A stretch of 62,940 bases of DNA from Ylistrum balloti (lineage: Eukaryota). The stretch covers positions 1 to 62,940 of the forward strand of contig NW_026783079.1 of NCBI RefSeq assembly GCF_031769215.1, given 5' to 3'. Shown in pieces: positions 58,312 through 62,940 of the stretch (positions are counted from its first letter, which is position 1; every line of letters begins with the position of its first letter). The notes under the pieces are model-generated. The model had not been told where the DNA came from. It did not search any database and saw only the letters and a list, made by a program, of their open reading frames with translations. The position numbers and the translations under genes were made by a program.

Positions 58312-59091
58312 ATGGATTTTCAGATTCCGCGTCTGGTTATTTTTTTTGTCGTTTATCTTGTTTTATTACTGTTAGAAACCAAGTTTCCGCGGCGTCCCGT
58401 TGTTGAAAGAGTGTCTATACACCAAATACGTAATCTAGCATTGGGGTTGCTTGATACGGTAATTGTGCGGTTGCTATTACCTATTGTTCCTGTTGGCGTT
58501 GCCCTAAAATGTGCCCAGATGGAGCAAGGCTTTTTTTATTGGCTAGGAGTTACGGGGTGGGTTGCTGTTGTTCTGACTGTTATTATTTTTGACTTTGCGA
58601 TTTATCTTCAGCATGTTTTTTTTCATAAGGTCCCGTTTTTATGGCAACTCCACGCTGTACACCATAGTGATATAGATTTAGATGCCAGTAGTGGAGTACG
58701 GTTTCATCCTATAGAAATACTGCTTTCTCTATTATTTAAAGTTGTTTTAGTTATTCTTCTCGGCGTGCCTGCGGTCGGTGTATTGTTCTTTGAAATTATC
58801 CTGAACGTGACTGCAATGTTTAATCATGCGAACTTGCGATTACCTAAGTTAATAGACTGCTTTTTACGTTATATTCTAGTTACACCAGACATGCACCGTA
58901 TACATCATTCTGTCCATCAAGATGAGACAGATAGTAATTTTGGCTTCAATTTGTCTTGTTGGGACCGTCTGTTTACAACATACCGTGCTGAGCCTCGAGA
59001 TGGTCATCAAGATATGCTGACTGGTGTTTGCGAGCTTCCCCAGCATCCTAAAACGTTATTAGGCTTGTTGTTGATGCCTTTTAAAAGATGA
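58312..59091 (+). CDS. Sterol desaturase/fatty-acid hydroxylase family
   Basis: His boxes HVFFH, HAVHH, HRIHH, plus RFHPIE and NFGFNLS.WDRLF. Confidence 0.88.
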   Translation: MDFQIPRLVIFFVVYLVLLLLETKFPRRPVVERVSIHQIRNLALGLLDTVIVRLLLPIVPVGVALKCAQMEQGFFYWLGVTGWVAVVLTVIIFDFAIYLQHVFFHKVPFLWQLHAVHHSDIDLDASSGVRFHPIEILLSLLFKVVLVILLGVPAVGVLFFEIILNVTAMFNHANLRLPKLIDCFLRYILVTPDMHRIHHSVHQDETDSNFGFNLSCWDRLFTTYRAEPRDGHQDMLTGVCELPQHPKTLLGLLLMPFKR

Positions 59092-59140
59092 GAAACAAAG
59101 AATATGATTAAGGCCAGACGTTAGATCTTTTTTTGTATAG

Positions 59141-59701
59141 CTAATTTGTTTCTCTTTCTTGGACATAGCTATATAACGTTGGTTTGGAAATATTAAATAG
59201 TTCGCAAAGTTCGTTGATGTTATGTGATTTTTCTTTATATAAGTTTCGTAATAAAGTTGCTTTTTTGTCATCAAGCTTTGGCCTTCTTCCTCCATGACGG
59301 CCGCGGGCGCGTGCAGCGTTTAAACCTAACGTGGTACGTTCTTGAATTAAATTATGTTCAAAATCAGCTAGTGCATTAAAAATATGTAATGTTTGCTTAC
59401 CTGCAGCAGTTTGTGTGTCGATCATATCTTGTAGACTTTTAAAACCGACGCCACGATTTTCTAAATCACTAATAATTTCTATTAAATGTTTTAGGGAACG
59501 TCCTAAACAGTCTAAACGCCAGATGACAAATGTATCACCAAAACGAACATATTCTAGAGCTTCTTCTAAAGCTGGTCGTGGCATTTGGGTTGTTGTTGTG
59601 TGATCAGTGAATATTTTTTTACAGCCAAGATCTTTCAATGCTTTTTTTTGCAGATCTAGAGTTTGAAGACAGGTTGAATGCCGTGTGTAACCAATTAACA
59701 T
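59141..59701 (-). mobile_element. Orphan serine recombinase (resolvase/invertase, Hin/Pin-like)
   Basis: MLIGYTRHST (catalytic Ser10), RP.L..AL, VIWRLD.LGRS, ERT..GL.AARARGR.GGR, C-terminal HTH. Confidence 0.88.
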
Positions 59702-59863
59702 TAGTAAAAATACCCTCTTTTTTTGTCAAAAAAATAAAAAAACAGTCTAAATTTTTATGAAATTATTAATATAAAAAACATAATTAAATTGTTGTTTTTA
59801 TTAGGGAAATAAAATTTTTTAATTAATTTATTAACTTAAAAATTAACTCCGATTCCTATTTTT

Positions 59864-59903
59864 AAGATAGGTAAAGAAATTATACCATTTGTTTACCTAT
59901 CTT
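59864..59903. repeat. Inverted repeat upstream of the recombinase and FadR
   Basis: AAGATAGGTAAA (59864-75) and TTTACCTATCTT (59892-903) form a perfect 12-bp pair with a 16-nt spacer. Confidence 0.75.
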
Positions 59904-60071
59904 GTTGTTTTGGTTACTTATGCGGATGAGAAGATTATTTTATAGAAATAGGATTAAATAACTACTAGATGAATAGTTTGTGTTTTTTATAAAACATATG
60001 TGATAAATTTGAATTCATGTCCAGGAGCTAAAAAATATTGTTTTTTGGTGGTTTGTGTATAGAGAATTATC

Positions 60072-60791
60072 TTGGTAGATAAAAAAATAAAAACACGTGT
60101 TAATGAGCTTGTCCAAGAGCTTGCAGCGCAAATTATATCTGGTCTTTGGCACAGTGGGAAGGTTTTACCTCCTGAGCGTCAGTTGTCAGAAGATTTTTCT
60201 GTTAGCCGTCCGACGTTACGTGAAGCGTTACGGCAGTTGGAGCAGATGGGGTTAGTTGTTAGCCGACGAGGCTCTGGAACAACAGTTTTACCTTGGCAAG
60301 AAACTGCACTTATTGATGTTTTTTCGATATATTTGAATCAAATTATTGGTACTAAAGATTTTTTTATTACTCTTGAGTCGTCGTTAAAGATACGACAGGC
60401 CCTTATTGTTGAGGTTGTTCGTTGGTTAGCGTTGCCAGAAAAAGAGATTAATTATCTTTCTTTAAGGCAAGAATTATTTAAAGTCTGGGAGCAACGAGAA
60501 GACCCTGTTGTTTTTGTTGTTCAAGATTTTGAATGGATGAAGGTTTTGACTCTTGCTAGTGGTTACTATCCTGCATTATGGATGATGAATGCCTTTATCT
60601 CTAACTATATAGAGATTATTAAAAATGTTGGAGTTTCTCCTCCTCCGCTATTAGATTATTATGAAATCTGGACACAAATTTTAGATGCTTGTAAACAAGC
60701 TAAGTCTGAGTTAGCTATTAAGCTAACTCAAGCATATTTTCTCAAGCATGATCAAGCTCTTTTAAAGTTTCTTGGAGAATCTGATACTTAA
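60072..60791 (+). CDS. GntR/FadR-family regulator
   Basis: LPPERQLSEDFSVSRPTLREAL..LEQMGLV...GSGT. Confidence 0.88.
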   Translation: MVDKKIKTRVNELVQELAAQIISGLWHSGKVLPPERQLSEDFSVSRPTLREALRQLEQMGLVVSRRGSGTTVLPWQETALIDVFSIYLNQIIGTKDFFITLESSLKIRQALIVEVVRWLALPEKEINYLSLRQELFKVWEQREDPVVFVVQDFEWMKVLTLASGYYPALWMMNAFISNYIEIIKNVGVSPPPLLDYYEIWTQILDACKQAKSELAIKLTQAYFLKHDQALLKFLGESDT

Positions 60792-60810
60792 TTGATCTGA
60801 ATTGATCTGA
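60790..60810 (+). repeat. 10-bp perfect tandem duplication after the FadR stop
   Basis: AATTGATCTG x2. Confidence 0.7.
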
Positions 60811-60835
60811 AAAAATTTAAGGAGACATAGACACT

Positions 60836-61807
60836 ATGTCTAGTTTTGGCTTATTTTTTATTGGAGGCTTCCTTTTATTTATTGGAGCTGAATTACTTGT
60901 TGCAAGTGCTTCAAGTATTGCAAGACGTTTTGGTATTTCTGCTGTAACTATTGGCTTGACGATAGTTGCTTATGGGACAAGTTTACCTGAATTGATCGTT
61001 TCTGTTCGATCTGTTTTGAGCGGTAATAGCGGTGTTGCTTTTGGCAATGTCTTAGGAAGTAATATTTGTAATATCGCTTTAATTTTAGGTACTGCTGCGA
61101 TTTTACGACCGTTAGTTCTGCATGAACAATTAATCAAGAGAGAGATACCATTTTTATTATTCATTTCGTTGGTTGTTGTTGTTTTTGTTACCAATGGTAA
61201 ACTTGGGCGTTTTGAAGGCGCTTTTTTAATAATTACTGGTTTGTTTTTTATCTGGGCGTTATTTCGTGATGCTGTTCAAGGTGACCAAGAGGCATTAGGT
61301 ATTAAGGTAGAGGACATTCGTATTTCACGTCTAGGCGTTTTACAAGATAGTGTTCTTATTCTTGTCGGTTGCCTTGCTTTAATATTTGGAGGTTCTTGGT
61401 TTGTTGACGGTGCCGTTGAATTGGCTCAGCAGTTTGGTGTAAGCCAGACGATAATCGGTCTTTCTTTAGTTGCTTTTGGAACTAGTGTTCCAGAACTTAT
61501 CACGGTTATTGTTGCGGTACGCCGTGGTGAATATGATATTGGTGTCGGCAATATTATTGGGTCAAACATTTTCAATTTGACTACAGTTCTTGGTTCTGCG
61601 TCAGTTATCTCTCCGTTGCCTTTTGGTGGAAATCAGGCGTGGCTAGATTTAGCAGTTGCTTTGGGGTTACCATTGTTACTTATTCCGGCATTTAAAGGAA
61701 AATTGCGTATAGAGCGTTGGCAAGGGATAAGTCTTGTTACAGGATATGGTTTATTGATGTTGTTTTACTTTTTTGTAGAACAGCGTTTCTTTACAGAGGG
61801 TGGATAA
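60836..61807 (+). CDS. Calcium/sodium antiporter (YrbG-like)
   Basis: Two alpha repeats: GTSLPEL...GNVLGSNI and GTSVPEL...GNIIGSNI. Confidence 0.92.
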   Translation: MSSFGLFFIGGFLLFIGAELLVASASSIARRFGISAVTIGLTIVAYGTSLPELIVSVRSVLSGNSGVAFGNVLGSNICNIALILGTAAILRPLVLHEQLIKREIPFLLFISLVVVVFVTNGKLGRFEGAFLIITGLFFIWALFRDAVQGDQEALGIKVEDIRISRLGVLQDSVLILVGCLALIFGGSWFVDGAVELAQQFGVSQTIIGLSLVAFGTSVPELITVIVAVRRGEYDIGVGNIIGSNIFNLTTVLGSASVISPLPFGGNQAWLDLAVALGLPLLLIPAFKGKLRIERWQGISLVTGYGLLMLFYFFVEQRFFTEGG

Positions 61808-61877
61808 TCTTGTATTATTTAACCTCACTAAAATACTCATCCTAGATTGTATGAAAATTGTTGTTAGGAGATTGATG

Positions 61878-62759
61878 ATGGGGTGTTTTGTTCGTAATTT
61901 TAGTTTAATTATGTGTAGTTTTTTCTTATTGGCATGTAGTGCAAAGAGGACTCAAGGTTGGCAATTAGCTATTCAGAAAAAAGATGGTAGTATTGTCGAA
62001 GTTTTTGCTGAGGCAGAGAGAGCTTGGGAAAACCGTGAAAGTCCAGAACAGTTACAGCAAGCTATTACGTTATACGAGCAAGCCATTGCGATTCAGGCAA
62101 ACAGAGTCGATATTATGTCTCGTTTGGCACGAGCTTATTATTTTTTATCTGATGGCTATCATCGAGGAGATACGGAGGCTCAGATACGTTTATATAATCA
62201 GGCTGCGCAGTGGGGGGAACGAGCAATGGCCTTACATCAAGAATTTGCTGAACGTGTAAAAGACCGTGGAGAAACTATAGAAGATGCGGTTAATGTTCTT
62301 GATTCTGATTATGTAGCGGCTGTCTATTGGACTGCCTCTGCAATCGGTAAATGGGCACGCCTAAAAGGCTTTGTCACGTTATTGGCTCAGAAAAGCCGCA
62401 TTAAGAAACTGATGACCTGGGTTACGGAGCAAGATGCTAATTTTTATTATTCAGGGCCATTGCGTTATTGGGGGGCATATTATTCTATTGCACCGGCATT
62501 TGCTGGCGGTGATTTGATCTTGTCAGAGCAAAAATATAAAGAAAGTTTAGAGATTGCCCCTGGTTTTTTAGGTACAAAAGTATTAATGGCTGATACCTAT
62601 GCTACAAAGAGCCAAGATCGTGAACTCTATATTAAACTTCTTACAGAAGTCGTAGAGGCTGACCCTAGAGATATTCCTGAGATTGCCCCAGAGCAAAAAG
62701 TCGAGCAAGCAAAAGCAGCCGAAATGTTAGCTATTGTAAACGATAAATTTGCCAATTAA
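61878..62759 (+). CDS. TPR-like lipoprotein resembling the TRAP-T (TatT) component
   Basis: Lipobox LLAC with SD AGGAG upstream. YW.A...G, Y..G..R..G.YY...P..AGGD, KV..A..YA pattern. Confidence 0.6.
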   Translation: MGCFVRNFSLIMCSFFLLACSAKRTQGWQLAIQKKDGSIVEVFAEAERAWENRESPEQLQQAITLYEQAIAIQANRVDIMSRLARAYYFLSDGYHRGDTEAQIRLYNQAAQWGERAMALHQEFAERVKDRGETIEDAVNVLDSDYVAAVYWTASAIGKWARLKGFVTLLAQKSRIKKLMTWVTEQDANFYYSGPLRYWGAYYSIAPAFAGGDLILSEQKYKESLEIAPGFLGTKVLMADTYATKSQDRELYIKLLTEVVEADPRDIPEIAPEQKVEQAKAAEMLAIVNDKFAN

Positions 62760-62881
62760 AAATCTCACTACAAAACTGCTGCAATTTGATAAAACGTTAC
62801 TAAAAGAATGTTTTTGTCTATGTCTTTTAGTTCTTTAGTTGCTTGAATTTAATGAATTAAACCCTTATGGAGATTCAGTTT

Positions 62882-62940
62882 ATGTTAAGACATATAGGTC
62901 TTTTTCTTAGTGTCTTTCTTTTTACGGTGACGTTAGCTCA
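62882..62940 (+). CDS. 5' end of an exported protein (possibly a TRAP/TatP substrate-binding protein), truncated by the window
   Basis: GGAG SD, then MLRHIGLFLSVFLFTVTLA, a classic signal peptide. Identity is inferred from position only. Confidence 0.45.
   Translation, partial: MLRHIGLFLSVFLFTVTLA

Noticed and set aside
60790-60810. AATTGATCTG tandem duplication as a regulatory element
   Set aside because: It is a real repeat, but a single short duplication is most simply a slippage event and has no other copies seen.
1052-62259. Numerous 60-140 aa ORFs in the track overlapping larger genes (e.g. 25949-26260, 29198-29416, 42235-42612, 47390-47752, 50826-51149)
   Set aside because: They are shadow or antisense frames of well-supported genes and have no recognisable motifs.
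1-62940. CRISPR array, rRNA, tRNA, integrase or IS transposase
   Set aside because: No regularly spaced repeats, cloverleaf/rRNA signatures or DDE/tyrosine recombinase ORFs seen by eye. Not verified computationally.

Overview
Bacterial chromosomal window with no rRNA, tRNA or CRISPR array seen. It is AT-rich (roughly 40% GC by eye) and uses the standard code. The host looks Gram-negative: it has an LpxR-family outer-membrane enzyme, proteins with C-terminal beta-signals and an RhlB-type helicase. A deltaproteobacteria-like lineage is only an inference. The left half (1-33.5 kb) is mostly housekeeping: partial metF, patatin, rluD-pgeF, sfsA, an envelope cluster, rhlB, an rpsF-rpsR FUSION with its S6:S18 leader, rplI, glmS, an OafA-like acyltransferase, pcrA, glutamate decarboxylase, a sulfur-carrier cysteine operon (cysO-cysM-mec-sat), cysK/Rrf2 and two hybrid kinases. 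The right half (34.3-59.1 kb) is a large aerobic steroid (9,10-seco) catabolic supercluster made of two divergent operons. The leftward operon runs KstD-like, SRPBCC, ferredoxin, KshA-like, an ACAD pair, HsaB-like, SDR, cofG, cofH and an F420-type LLM oxidoreductase. The rightward operon runs hsaA-C-D-E-G-F-like, kstD, SRPBCC, DUF35, thiolase and a sterol desaturase-family gene. Each operon has a perfect KstR-type operator (TnnAACnnGTTnnA) upstream, and a HEPN + coiled-coil cassette sits between them. The window ends with an orphan serine recombinase, FadR, a Ca/Na antiporter and a TatT-like lipoprotein. Six genes carry single lesions (glmS, LpxR, mec, a sensor kinase, an amidohydrolase, HEPN). 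These may be assembly errors or real decay. All family assignments come from motif recognition by eye, not from database searches.
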